Origin: Vampirovibrionaceae bacterium NZW_1234
GTDB taxonomy: Bacteria > Cyanobacteriota > Vampirovibrionia > Vampirovibrionales > JAGQHJ01
DNA length: 64,000 nucleotides
Direction: 5' to 3'
Assembly: GCA_041697335.1 (NCBI GenBank)
Contig: JBGUGD010000009.1
Span: 32,001-96,000, forward strand
Made by a program: the position numbers and the translations under genes. Below are positions 1 through 9,556 of the stretch, piece by piece. The notes beneath the pieces are model-generated. The model was not told the DNA's origin. It searched no databases and worked only from the letters and a program-made list of their open reading frames with translations. Numbering within the stretch: position 1 is the first letter of the stretch; each line of letters starts with the position of its first letter.

Positions 1-192
1 GTTATGCATAAATTGCATCTTAAAAAGCTCTGTGCTTGATATCACGTTCTGATTCTTCGCATTAAACGTAAAATAGAAGAGGAGGGCTAGAAGAGCGTGT
101 CTGGCTGTAACAGTTTGTAACGGGCATTGAAGAAATAAAGCCGATTGACGATACGGCCTTGATAGGGCGGTGAACTGGCGAAAGGGAGAAAC

Positions 193-1665
193 ATGATGCG
201 GATCAATCTTTTTCAACGAATTCTGGCGAGCTGTATGGTTGTGTCCCTCTATGCAGGATTCATGGTGAGCCTGATCCAGACTGCGCCTGTGGAGGCAAAG
301 GGAAAAATGGCGCCTCATGCCCCAGGCGAGGTTATTGTGACCTTCCGGAATAAAACGACGGATGAAGACAAGGCCCGTTTTTACGAGTCCATTAAGGCAA
401 CTCCCAAGGAAAGTCTGGACTTTATCAAGGCCGATGTCGTCAAAGTCAACGACGAACGGTCGCTGGATTCCTGGATCAAAATTATCAAGAGCAATCCAAC
501 GGTCAAATATGCCGAACCGAATTTCGAACTGTCAATTATTGGGAGTAAGCCTAAGAATATCGGTACTCCGCCAGGGAGCGGGTTGGACGGCAAAGTGCCC
601 CAACCCAAGACAACGTCGACAGCCTCGTCAACACCCTCCATTCGATCGGCCCCGGCACCGAGAGACCCGTTATTTGCCCAGCAATGGGGGTTAAATAATA
701 CAGGGCAGAATCGGGGCAAAGCGGGTGCGGACATTCAATTCCTGAAGGCCTTGTCTCAATATACGGGGCGCACCAATGTCATTGTGGCGGTTATCGATAC
801 CGGTGTGGCTTATGAACACCCGGATTTGGCAGCCAGCGTCTACGTCAATCCCGGGGAAGACCTGAACAAGGATGGCCGTTGGACCAAACAGGACCAGAAT
901 CGGGTGGATAATGACAAACCTGCAAACAGGTTTATTGATGATGGTGTGGGTTGGAACTTTGTCTCCAACAATGCGAATGCCGGGGATGACAATGGCCATG
1001 GGACTCATGTTGCAGGCATCATAGCCGCCAGCACCGGAAATAATTTAGGGGTTAGTGGTGTCCTGGGAAATGGTCGGGTCAAGATCATGCCTCTCAAGTT
1101 TCTCAGCGCCAAGGGCAGTGGTTATGTGTCGGATGCTGTCAAGGCAATCGATTATTCCGTTCAAAAAGGGGCTCGTATCTCCAACAACAGTTGGGGTGGA
1201 TCGGGTTACAGCCAGGCGCTGTATGATGCCATTCAACGGGCAGGCCAGGCGGGGCAATTGTTTATTGCAGCGGCGGGAAATTCCAGCACCAATATTGATA
1301 CGGCTCCAAGTTATCCGGGGGCCTTCAACTTACCCAACATCATTACCGTGGCGTCGACCGATGCTACCGATAACCTGTCCTCTTTTTCCAACTTCGGTGC
1401 CATTCGAACCCATATTGCGGCTCCCGGGAGTGGAATCGTCAGTACTTATACTAGTAATCGTTACGCCACCATGAGTGGAACATCTATGGCAACGCCCTTT
1501 GTTGCAGGTGTGGCGGCCATGATCTGGTCTCAAAGCCCCAGTCTTTCGGCTCAACAGGTCAGAAGCAATATCCTGTCTACGGCTCGAGCAGTAGATTCTC
1601 TGAATGGAAAAGTTGCCAACAGTGGAGTACTCAACGCTTCGGAAGCCCTAAGGGCAAGCAAATAA
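193..1665 (+). CDS. Secreted subtilisin-like S8 serine protease with N-terminal prodomain
   Basis: Signal-peptide-like N-terminus; catalytic triad motifs VIDTG, HGTHVAG, GTSMATP; oxyanion AAGN; GGGAG RBS upstream. Confidence 0.95.
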   Translation: MMRINLFQRILASCMVVSLYAGFMVSLIQTAPVEAKGKMAPHAPGEVIVTFRNKTTDEDKARFYESIKATPKESLDFIKADVVKVNDERSLDSWIKIIKSNPTVKYAEPNFELSIIGSKPKNIGTPPGSGLDGKVPQPKTTSTASSTPSIRSAPAPRDPLFAQQWGLNNTGQNRGKAGADIQFLKALSQYTGRTNVIVAVIDTGVAYEHPDLAASVYVNPGEDLNKDGRWTKQDQNRVDNDKPANRFIDDGVGWNFVSNNANAGDDNGHGTHVAGIIAASTGNNLGVSGVLGNGRVKIMPLKFLSAKGSGYVSDAVKAIDYSVQKGARISNNSWGGSGYSQALYDAIQRAGQAGQLFIAAAGNSSTNIDTAPSYPGAFNLPNIITVASTDATDNLSSFSNFGAIRTHIAAPGSGIVSTYTSNRYATMSGTSMATPFVAGVAAMIWSQSPSLSAQQVRSNILSTARAVDSLNGKVANSGVLNASEALRASK

Positions 1666-1666
1666 T

Positions 1667-2407
1667 TCAGCCGCTATTTGAGTCCAGAGAAGGTCCTGGG
1701 GCTTTCACCGCCTCAAGAATCTTATTGGCATAAAACTGGCACAATTCCAGGGTCGCATGGGCCAACAGGGTTGTCGGTAACAATTCTGACTTCCAGGGCT
1801 GATACCCGCAATGTTTGTACATCAGAATCAGCGGGGTTTCCGGATAGTCGTCACAGATTTGAGGGCGCCGGGGATCGCCATAGAGACCGCATTGATTATT
1901 TTCGGTGAGATGAGGGCAGTGATAAAAGTACACTTCCCCATCGGTTTGTTCCAGAATCTCGGAAACCAGACTGGGAAATTTCGCACGGGCAGCCTCTGGA
2001 GACTCATAGGGCAGAAACACACTGGTGAATTGGCGGGCAAAATAGTCGCCCTGTTCGGCTTTGGCTTTCAGGGTTGCCATATCGAATTCCGAACTTGCCA
2101 GGTTGCAACAGACACCACACTGGTGGCATTGTCCAACCTCTTCTCGCTGCGCCTTGATATGCTCCAGGCTGTCGCAAATTTGTTTTCCGATGGTTTGTTC
2201 CAGGGTCAAAATGGCATCTTCCTGCCACCGACGATAACCACATCCGGCATGTAAAATTTCATCAATAGTGGTGGGTTCTGTTAAACATTCGGTACAATGG
2301 TATTGCAACCGTAATTGCGAGAAGAGATCCAAAAGTTTGCGATGGGCAAGCGGAAACAATTCCCGATACTGTTGTTTAATGGTAGATATGTCGTGAGTTA
2401 ATCCCAT
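1667..2407 (-). CDS. YkgJ-family (CxxCxxCC) Zn/Fe-S cysteine-cluster protein
   Basis: CHQCGVCC ... FYHCPHL ... CGLY ... RPQICDDYP ... CGY. Start placed at ATG 2407 (TACAAT 6 nt upstream); the ORF track extends it to 2452. Confidence 0.8.
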   Translation of the reverse strand: MGLTHDISTIKQQYRELFPLAHRKLLDLFSQLRLQYHCTECLTEPTTIDEILHAGCGYRRWQEDAILTLEQTIGKQICDSLEHIKAQREEVGQCHQCGVCCNLASSEFDMATLKAKAEQGDYFARQFTSVFLPYESPEAARAKFPSLVSEILEQTDGEVYFYHCPHLTENNQCGLYGDPRRPQICDDYPETPLILMYKHCGYQPWKSELLPTTLLAHATLELCQFYANKILEAVKAPGPSLDSNSG

Positions 2408-2450
2408 ACGAGTATTGTAAATGGTAATTCGTCGTTCTGAAATCAATTCC

Positions 2451-3506
2451 ATGCATTACACGCCGGAGGCAACCCTGAATCCGCTCTGGAGATGGGCTGA
2501 GTTGGGCTACACTCTCGCTGTGAACGCTCGTTTGTGGTGTTATCGCCAGCGCATTCTTCTGCCCTCGCGATTGCCGGCCCCGGTGATCAGCATCGGGAAT
2601 TTGACCACGGGTGGAACGGGAAAAACCCCCATGACGATTTCCCTGGGCAATTATTTGGAATCCAAGGGCCTGAAAGTGGCAGTGCTGTCCCGAGGCTATG
2701 GCCGTAAAGATCCGACGGTCTTTCATGAAGCCAATAGCCCGCAATATGGTGACGAGCCTTTCCTGATGCATCAGCGTCTGGAAAAAAGTAAGGTCTATGT
2801 TGGACGAGATCGGGTGTTTGTGGGGCAGGAAGCGTTTGAGCTTTATCGGCCCGATGTGTTTATCCTGGATGATGGGTTTCAGCACATGCGTTTATTCCGG
2901 GATCTCAATATTGTCCTCGTGGATGGTGAGCGCGGGTTTGGCAATAGCCATCTTCTTCCTGCCGGGCCACTGAGAGAGCCATTGGAACAACTGAAGCGAG
3001 CCGACTGGGTTCTGTTGACCAAGCAGATAAATCCGGAGAAACGGGAAGAGATTGTGCGTCTTTTGTCTACGGTACCCCAAGGCGAGCGAATCCGCTTGGG
3101 AGAATGCCCTTTTGAGCCAATCGGCTTATGGCACCCGGATTCCAGAACTTTGAAATCTTTGGATGCTCTTCGTGGGAAGGCAACGTATCTAATATCGGCG
3201 ATTGCGCAGCCCAAAGCTTTTGAAAATCTGGTTGAGGAACGCTTGGGACTGGAGTTGATGCAACATTTTGTATTCGACGATCATTTTGACTATACCCGGG
3301 AGAGTCTCACGACCTTGATCACCCGCTTGTCAAATCAACCCAAGAGTGTTGTGGTGACCACTGAAAAGGACTGGATTAAGATCCAATACGTTTTGCCCAC
3401 CGATTTCCATAATCGTATTTATTTACTCCGCTTTGAGCCGGTGTTTGATTGGGAGCCGGTGGTGCGGGATTGTCTGGCCCCAGTTTTAGCCCGGTATGTC
3501 TCCTGA
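2451..3506 (+). CDS. lpxK: Tetraacyldisaccharide 4'-kinase
   Basis: ISIGNLTTGGTGKTP, LSRGYG, GDEP, LDDGFQH, LLPAGPLRE, TTEKD motifs. Start likely ATG 2451 (ORF opens at 2421). Confidence 0.95.
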   Translation: MHYTPEATLNPLWRWAELGYTLAVNARLWCYRQRILLPSRLPAPVISIGNLTTGGTGKTPMTISLGNYLESKGLKVAVLSRGYGRKDPTVFHEANSPQYGDEPFLMHQRLEKSKVYVGRDRVFVGQEAFELYRPDVFILDDGFQHMRLFRDLNIVLVDGERGFGNSHLLPAGPLREPLEQLKRADWVLLTKQINPEKREEIVRLLSTVPQGERIRLGECPFEPIGLWHPDSRTLKSLDALRGKATYLISAIAQPKAFENLVEERLGLELMQHFVFDDHFDYTRESLTTLITRLSNQPKSVVVTTEKDWIKIQYVLPTDFHNRIYLLRFEPVFDWEPVVRDCLAPVLARYVS

Positions 3507-4530
3507 AAACGCGTCATTAGGTTCCAAAATCGTCGTGCTTCGGTATCGCTTCATTGGAGATACACTTCTGACGGTGCCTTTCTTGCGCGAACTGCGTCAC
3601 CAGAATCCTGAATCCGAAATCCACTGGTTGGTAGGGCAAGATGCCTATGACCTGGCGGTCGGCTGCCCTTATGTGGATAAAGTTATGGCGTTTGAGCCGC
3701 GTCGGCTTGGCTTTTGGAAAGCAGTACAACACTTAAAAGCGGAGTCCTATACAACCGCCTATGTTTTGAAACGCTCCTTTTCCAGTGCGCTGATGACGCT
3801 TTTGGCAGGTATTCCCAGCCGAATTGGATTTAATACCGATCATCGGGGCTTTTTATTGACGCAACGTGTGCCCTATCGTTATCAGGAAGCCCACGAAGCC
3901 CAGTGCCTTCTGGATCATCTTCCACTGTCAAACGAGACGAATTCGGAAGACCGTCGTCTTTGTCTGGAAACCTGGATCCCGGAGGTGAATGCCAAACGAG
4001 CCCAGAAAATGCTGGCGCCCTTTCAAGGCCCTCGCGTGGTGCTGCATGCCACCAGTACCAATCCGGCCAAGACATGGCCCATGCGTCATTTCCAGGCCCT
4101 GGCGACGGCGCTGGTGCTAGAGCATCAGGCAACCGTCTTCTTTCTGGGAACCCCACAGGACAAGTTATATTATGAAACCCTGTGTCTGGAACTGCCGGAT
4201 GAGGTGCAAGGGCGTTGTGTAAACTGGTGTGGGGAGACCACCTTGTTGGACAGTATGGCCTTACTTACCGGCATGTCCCTGGTTGTGGCCAATGATTCCG
4301 GGATGGTGCATATGGCTGCTGCCACCAATGTCCCGCTTGTGGCGCTATTTGGTCCGATGGACCCGCAGCAGTGGCGGCCCTTAAGCACAAACGCCACAGT
4401 GCTCACACATCCGGATTTGACGTGCCGTCCCTGTCGAATGAAAATAACCTGTAGTCATCAATATCCGTGTTTGACCGAACTCACCCCGGAAAGAGTGCTA
4501 CAGGCATGCAAAGCGTATTTGACATCCTAG
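3496..4530 (+). CDS. waaF: GT9 lipopolysaccharide heptosyltransferase II
   Basis: IGDTLLTVP, AKTWP, NDSGMVHMAAA, LFGP, CRPC...C...C motifs; overlaps lpxK stop. Confidence 0.85.
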   Translation: MSPENASLGSKIVVLRYRFIGDTLLTVPFLRELRHQNPESEIHWLVGQDAYDLAVGCPYVDKVMAFEPRRLGFWKAVQHLKAESYTTAYVLKRSFSSALMTLLAGIPSRIGFNTDHRGFLLTQRVPYRYQEAHEAQCLLDHLPLSNETNSEDRRLCLETWIPEVNAKRAQKMLAPFQGPRVVLHATSTNPAKTWPMRHFQALATALVLEHQATVFFLGTPQDKLYYETLCLELPDEVQGRCVNWCGETTLLDSMALLTGMSLVVANDSGMVHMAAATNVPLVALFGPMDPQQWRPLSTNATVLTHPDLTCRPCRMKITCSHQYPCLTELTPERVLQACKAYLTS

Positions 4531-6905
4531 AATGGCCCCAAGTGCTGGCACACTTGGAAAGTTGCTGTCAAACCGGTTATGGACGCTCAGCCATTTCCCA
4601 AGAGGGGTTGTTCCTGCCGGAAGTGAACGCGGTAACCCGGGAAATGAATCGGGTCGATGAAGCGAAGCGCTTGCTCATGGCTCAAGGCGACATTTCCTTG
4701 TCCGAACCTCCCGATGTGTTGCCATTGATACGGAGGCTGATGAAGCAAGGACAGGCCCAGTCATCCTCAGAGTTAGGGGCCTTGTTGATGACCCTCACGA
4801 CATTGCGCCAACTGGTTCGCTTCTTTATCCAAAACCGTTCTCGGGAAGTGACACCTACCCTGTTGTCTGAACTGGAAGAGATAACGCTCCCCAATGCGGT
4901 CATTGAGCGTTTGGAGACGGTGGTCAATGCCCAGGGTGAACTGTTGGATTCTGCCAGCCCTGAATACGCACGCCTAAAGCATCGCATTCAGGAGACCAGG
5001 TCCGGGATCCGCAGCTATCTGCAACAGCTGATTCACCGGCATTCTTTTGCCAAGTATCTTCAGGAAGCCATTGTCACCGAACGCGAGGGCCGTTCGGTTT
5101 TACCGGTCAAGGTGGAGCATAAGCCCGATGTCCCCGGGATTGTCCATGGGGCATCCTCGACCGGGGTGACTTTGTATATTGAACCCAAAGGGGTCATCGA
5201 ACAGAATAATCGTTTGATTGCGCTTCGGGGCGACATGGAACGCGAGATTCGCCGTATTCTGGAGCAGACATCGCTTTGGCTCCAAGAGGAGGCCCAAGCC
5301 CTGGAGCGCTTTATTGAGCAGGCAGGTGCCTTGGATTTGCTGTTAGCCAAGGCGCGTCAGAGCCTGTTGTTGAAAGCCAATCCGCTTCAAGTCTTGGATA
5401 CGCCCGGTGTCATCGAGCTGAAACAGGCCAAACATCCTTTGCTGATGCTGCAAACCGAGAGTGTCATCGCCAATGACATTATTATGAGACCGCCGCATCA
5501 GATCATGCTGATTACCGGGCCCAACACGGGGGGTAAAACCGTATTACTCAAACTTCTGGGCCTTTTTTCCTTGATGCTTCGGGCCGGTCTACACGTACCG
5601 GTGGCTGAAGGCTCCGCAATGGCCTTATTTGACCCGGTGATGGCAGATATTGGGGACCCCCAGAGCATTACCCAAAGTCTGTCCACATTTTCGGGGCATA
5701 TTGCTCGTCTACGTTCGTTTCTGGAGCCACCGGATCTGTCCCGGGCCCTGATCCTTGTCGATGAGATCTGTGCCGGTACGGACCCGCAGGAGGGTTCTGC
5801 CTTGGCCCAGGCGCTTTTGGAGACGTTTTACGAACGCGGTGCCACGGCCATTGTGACAACCCACATTGGCGAACTCAAGGTGGCCGCTCACCAGCACGAA
5901 GGGTACTTGAACGCGAGTGTCGAGTTTGATGCCGAATCTCTGAGACCCACCTATCGTTTGCTGTTGGGTGTGCCGGGCAGCAGTAATGCCTTATACATTG
6001 CCGAGCGTCTGGGGCTTCCTCCCGATCTGATTAGCCTGGCCCGGTCTCGACTGACCAAGCCGGTGTCCGAGTCGGCCAATTTGATTGAATCGCTGGAACT
6101 GAAAAATCGCCAGCTCAGCCAGGAACTGGCCGAAGCCACCCGCTTGCGGCAAGAGCTGCAATGGGAGGAAGAGCAGGTCCGTAACACGCTAAATCGAATC
6201 GAAGGCGAGAAGAAAAAGACCCTGCAACTGTATCGGGAAGGCTTGAAAGATAAACTCCGGGGCATTGAGCAGGATGTGGATGCGTTGAAAGACGAGGTCC
6301 GTCGTCCGAAGCGATTGGATCGAAAATCGGTGCAGCAGCTCAGTGGCAAATTCCGCCATGCCCAGCGTCAAACAGGGGAGCTGTTTGGAGAAGAGGCCCG
6401 CAAGCTGTACCCCAACCCGGGCATTGATTGGGATAGTCTCAAAGTGGGAGATACCGTGTCCTCGCATTCTCTGAACCTCACAGGAACCATTGTGGAAAAG
6501 AACGAGGCCAAGAAGGAATTGACCTTGCAATCGGGTATTTTAAAAACCACCGTGCCCTTTAGCGATATCATTCAACAAGTCAAACAGCCCTCCAATACCA
6601 AGAAGTCAAAACATCGTTCGTCGGAGAAGGGTAGTGGTCGGGTTCATTTGCAGCCTCGCCAGGGACTGCCACTGGAATGCGATGTCCGCGGCATGACGAG
6701 TGAGGACGCTCTGGGGATTCTCGACAAATTCCTCGATGATGCCTTGGTGACCGGGGTTTCCACCATTAATATTATTCATGGCATGGGGACCGGGGTCTTG
6801 AAAAAAGCGGTTCGCCAGTACTTGAAAGAAATTCCTTTTGTTAAAGCCTTTGGCCCCGCCCCGGCCATGGAAGGCGGCGACGGAAAAACCATTGTTGAAC
6901 TCTAG
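4506..6905 (+). CDS. mutS2: Endonuclease MutS2
   Basis: ITGPNTGGKT Walker A, QSLSTFSGH, DEICAGTDPQEG, coiled coil, KOW-like region, C-terminal Smr domain (DVRGM...IIHGMGTG). Start likely ATG 4506. Confidence 0.95.
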   Translation: MQSVFDILEWPQVLAHLESCCQTGYGRSAISQEGLFLPEVNAVTREMNRVDEAKRLLMAQGDISLSEPPDVLPLIRRLMKQGQAQSSSELGALLMTLTTLRQLVRFFIQNRSREVTPTLLSELEEITLPNAVIERLETVVNAQGELLDSASPEYARLKHRIQETRSGIRSYLQQLIHRHSFAKYLQEAIVTEREGRSVLPVKVEHKPDVPGIVHGASSTGVTLYIEPKGVIEQNNRLIALRGDMEREIRRILEQTSLWLQEEAQALERFIEQAGALDLLLAKARQSLLLKANPLQVLDTPGVIELKQAKHPLLMLQTESVIANDIIMRPPHQIMLITGPNTGGKTVLLKLLGLFSLMLRAGLHVPVAEGSAMALFDPVMADIGDPQSITQSLSTFSGHIARLRSFLEPPDLSRALILVDEICAGTDPQEGSALAQALLETFYERGATAIVTTHIGELKVAAHQHEGYLNASVEFDAESLRPTYRLLLGVPGSSNALYIAERLGLPPDLISLARSRLTKPVSESANLIESLELKNRQLSQELAEATRLRQELQWEEEQVRNTLNRIEGEKKKTLQLYREGLKDKLRGIEQDVDALKDEVRRPKRLDRKSVQQLSGKFRHAQRQTGELFGEEARKLYPNPGIDWDSLKVGDTVSSHSLNLTGTIVEKNEAKKELTLQSGILKTTVPFSDIIQQVKQPSNTKKSKHRSSEKGSGRVHLQPRQGLPLECDVRGMTSEDALGILDKFLDDALVTGVSTINIIHGMGTGVLKKAVRQYLKEIPFVKAFGPAPAMEGGDGKTIVEL

Positions 6906-6975
6906 CTCAGATCGGATGTCTCCGTACGCGCAATTTGCGCGTACGGCGAAGACTGTATCCAGGCATGAATCAGGG

Positions 6976-7743
6976 CTACCACTGCCCGTTTTGGGTCTCG
7001 GCAATTTTCTGAAGTTCTTTTTCAACTTCCTGATAGCGATCCGAGTATTTGCCGCGTGAGGTTGTGGTAACCGGAATAAAATACATCCCCGACAAATTGC
7101 CGTTACCATCATAAATGTACTGTGGAATCATGGTGGTCGTTTCCTCATCTTTCGGAAACTGATTGACCAGTTCCTGAAGCAAGGTTTTGATGGCAGGATC
7201 AAGGGCCGTGTCGTTCTGAAGTGTGGTCACAGCGTTTTTAGAGGCGGCAACCACGGCATCGGAATCCCTCAGCCCGGCAATTGTCCATAGAATTTTCTCC
7301 GCAGGGTGGCCCGGCAATTTCGCCACTTCTTCAATGACAAAGGCCCGAATCTTTTCATTTTGATGCCGATGATAGGTATTCAAATACTCGAACGAACGCT
7401 GAGGGTTGTTCTCAGAAACGACTTGGGAGTAGGTCTGGGTGAAGCGGTTAAATTCCTGGGTGGAGCGGGGCGTAAGCCCGCCATTCACGCCAATCAGGAC
7501 GCCCGTCGCCACGACCAGGGGGAGCCATAGATTCTGGCGCAGGGTTTGTCCAATCTTTTGGAGGCCTCCAAAGCGGAGTCCCGAAACGTGAGGTTCAGAC
7601 CCGACAGCTTGCGGCCGACGTATAAAAACGTCTTTGGCTTTCGTTTGATTGGGCAGAACGCTTGGTTGATGTATTACACTCGACTTGGTTGAAAAAAAAT
7701 GCTTTGTCTCGACAACCTGTATCATATACCCATCATCTCCCAC
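6976..7743 (-). CDS. Hypothetical protein with one TM segment (N-terminal LRFGG motif)
   Basis: 255-aa ORF filling the gap between mutS2 and the next gene; hydrophobic LWLPLVVATGVLIGV; start uncertain. Confidence 0.65.
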   Translation of the reverse strand: MGDDGYMIQVVETKHFFSTKSSVIHQPSVLPNQTKAKDVFIRRPQAVGSEPHVSGLRFGGLQKIGQTLRQNLWLPLVVATGVLIGVNGGLTPRSTQEFNRFTQTYSQVVSENNPQRSFEYLNTYHRHQNEKIRAFVIEEVAKLPGHPAEKILWTIAGLRDSDAVVAASKNAVTTLQNDTALDPAIKTLLQELVNQFPKDEETTTMIPQYIYDGNGNLSGMYFIPVTTTSRGKYSDRYQEVEKELQKIAETQNGQW

Positions 7744-7814
7744 GGTCCTATCAACCTTGAGCCATGGTAGCGAGGTTTTAGAATGCCGTCAATGACCTTG
7801 CAAGTGAACGCAGC

Positions 7815-8789
7815 CTATTCAGCGACTTCCCGAGCGGTTCGCGAACGGCCGTCATTCGGGTTTATCTTAAAGGTCAGAAGCCCTTCGGCATTCTGCGCCC
7901 CGCGGACATAAGTGCAGGCATCAATGCATTCGCCGCAGTTGAAGCAGCCTTCGCCGACGCCTACCAGCAAGTTTTCCGGTAGCCTCGGGTCAATCTCGAC
8001 GGGACATGCGGTTTTGCACGCTTGGCAGCTTTTACAGGCACTCAGATTTTCCCCAAACTTATACCGAATCTCCATGGGCACCCATTTGGCTGACAGATAG
8101 GCGGACAGGGATTGCGCCAGGCCATAGGGGCAGGCGCTTCGGCAAAATTCGTGCCCGGCATACAGCATAAAAAAGCCAATCAGCATCATCAACCCCTGCC
8201 CCATCCAGATGACGGGCTCCAGGGTACCTTGAATCAGGTTTTGGTACCACCAGGAAATGGGAACAAAATAAAACAGAAACAGGGTGCTGATCATATACGT
8301 AATGGCCGCACCCCAGAGAAGGCTAAAGGCCACATTCACTGCTTTAAGCCACGGGTATTTTGTTTCCCATTGCTTCAAATAAAAGGGCTTGGGTTTAAGA
8401 CCAATGAGCACCCGGACGGGGTGGGTCCATTCGGTCAGAGTATTATGGGGACAAACCCAGCCACAGAACAGACGTCCAAACAGGGTGGACATAAAGGCAA
8501 TAATCAGGACACAGCTAAAAAAGCCCAGGGGCAGCCAAAGCAGGGTCTGTGGGTTTAACGGGTATGATTGACCCAGGGCGATGAGTTTTTGGGAAATCAC
8601 GTCCATCCGGAAAATATCGAACACCGGACTCAAAAGCATCAGGGCCCAGAAAAGAGGCTGTACAACCAAACCGCGGAAGGTGTGAAAGGGATATTTGACC
8701 GGGTTGCGAGGAAAGACGAAAGTCATAAGCGAACTCGCCAAAAGCAAGGTGTGGAAACAACAATCCCTATACTGTCGCGTAAAAGACAC
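7815..8789 (-). CDS. Membrane 4Fe-4S protein, CcoG/RdxA/FixG-like
   Basis: GRLFCGWVCP and FCRSACPYG motifs, several TMs, two ferredoxin motifs (CKSCQACKTACP, CFNCGECIDAC). True start may be 8726. Confidence 0.85.
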   Translation of the reverse strand: MSFTRQYRDCCFHTLLLASSLMTFVFPRNPVKYPFHTFRGLVVQPLFWALMLLSPVFDIFRMDVISQKLIALGQSYPLNPQTLLWLPLGFFSCVLIIAFMSTLFGRLFCGWVCPHNTLTEWTHPVRVLIGLKPKPFYLKQWETKYPWLKAVNVAFSLLWGAAITYMISTLFLFYFVPISWWYQNLIQGTLEPVIWMGQGLMMLIGFFMLYAGHEFCRSACPYGLAQSLSAYLSAKWVPMEIRYKFGENLSACKSCQACKTACPVEIDPRLPENLLVGVGEGCFNCGECIDACTYVRGAQNAEGLLTFKINPNDGRSRTAREVAE

Positions 8790-8827
8790 AACCTGACTAT
8801 GGTTTGTCTCATATTTGGGAATCGTCC

Positions 8828-9433
8828 TCAGGACGGGACCGGGCCCAGACAGAGTTGTGTAATGAGTGCCGTCAATTCCTCCTGGCAGTTCTCCAGGACA
8901 TCATTCATCACCACATAATCAAACTGGGATTTTTGAGCCAATTCGCTCCGGGCGGTTTCCAACCGGCGCTGGATGTCAGCTTCGTCGTTGGTGTTTCGAT
9001 TTCTGAGGCGGGCTTCCAAGGCTTCCAGGGAAGGGGGTTCAATGAAAATTAGATGAGCTTGTGGGAACAGCCGCTTGATGTTGAGGGCCCCCTGGACTTC
9101 GATTTCGAGCAGAATGGAGTTCCCTTGTGCCAACGTGTTTTCAAAAAACGCTTTTGGCGTACCGTAATAATTCCCGGCGAATTCAGCCCATTCAATGAGA
9201 GCGTTATCTGCTATCATTTGTTCAAAATCGGTTCGGCTGACGAAGAAATAGTCCACTCCGTCCTCTTCGCCAGGTCGTTGAGCCCGAGTCGTTGCTGAAA
9301 CAGATTCCTTGAGCCAGGGCATCTGTTTGGACAGAAACACTCGAAGCGAGCCTTTTCCAACGCCCGAAGGGCCGGTCAAAACAAGGAGACTTCCACTGGG
9401 GTTTGGGGAGTTATCACCAAGGGACTGTTGCAT
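8828..9433 (-). CDS. gmk: Guanylate kinase
   Basis: GPSGVGKGS, SATTRAQRPGE.DGVDYFF, GNYYGT, EIEVQGA. Confidence 0.97.
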   Translation of the reverse strand: MQQSLGDNSPNPSGSLLVLTGPSGVGKGSLRVFLSKQMPWLKESVSATTRAQRPGEEDGVDYFFVSRTDFEQMIADNALIEWAEFAGNYYGTPKAFFENTLAQGNSILLEIEVQGALNIKRLFPQAHLIFIEPPSLEALEARLRNRNTNDEADIQRRLETARSELAQKSQFDYVVMNDVLENCQEELTALITQLCLGPVPS

Positions 9434-9556
9434 CGGGAATTACCCTATATAATGGAGAAACAGCGTCGGATGAGGTTCTGGTCAAGACACTTCGGAGGAC
9501 ACCCATCCTGGTCTTTTAATCGTATCAGCAAAATAGACTGGTCGTAAAACATCTCC

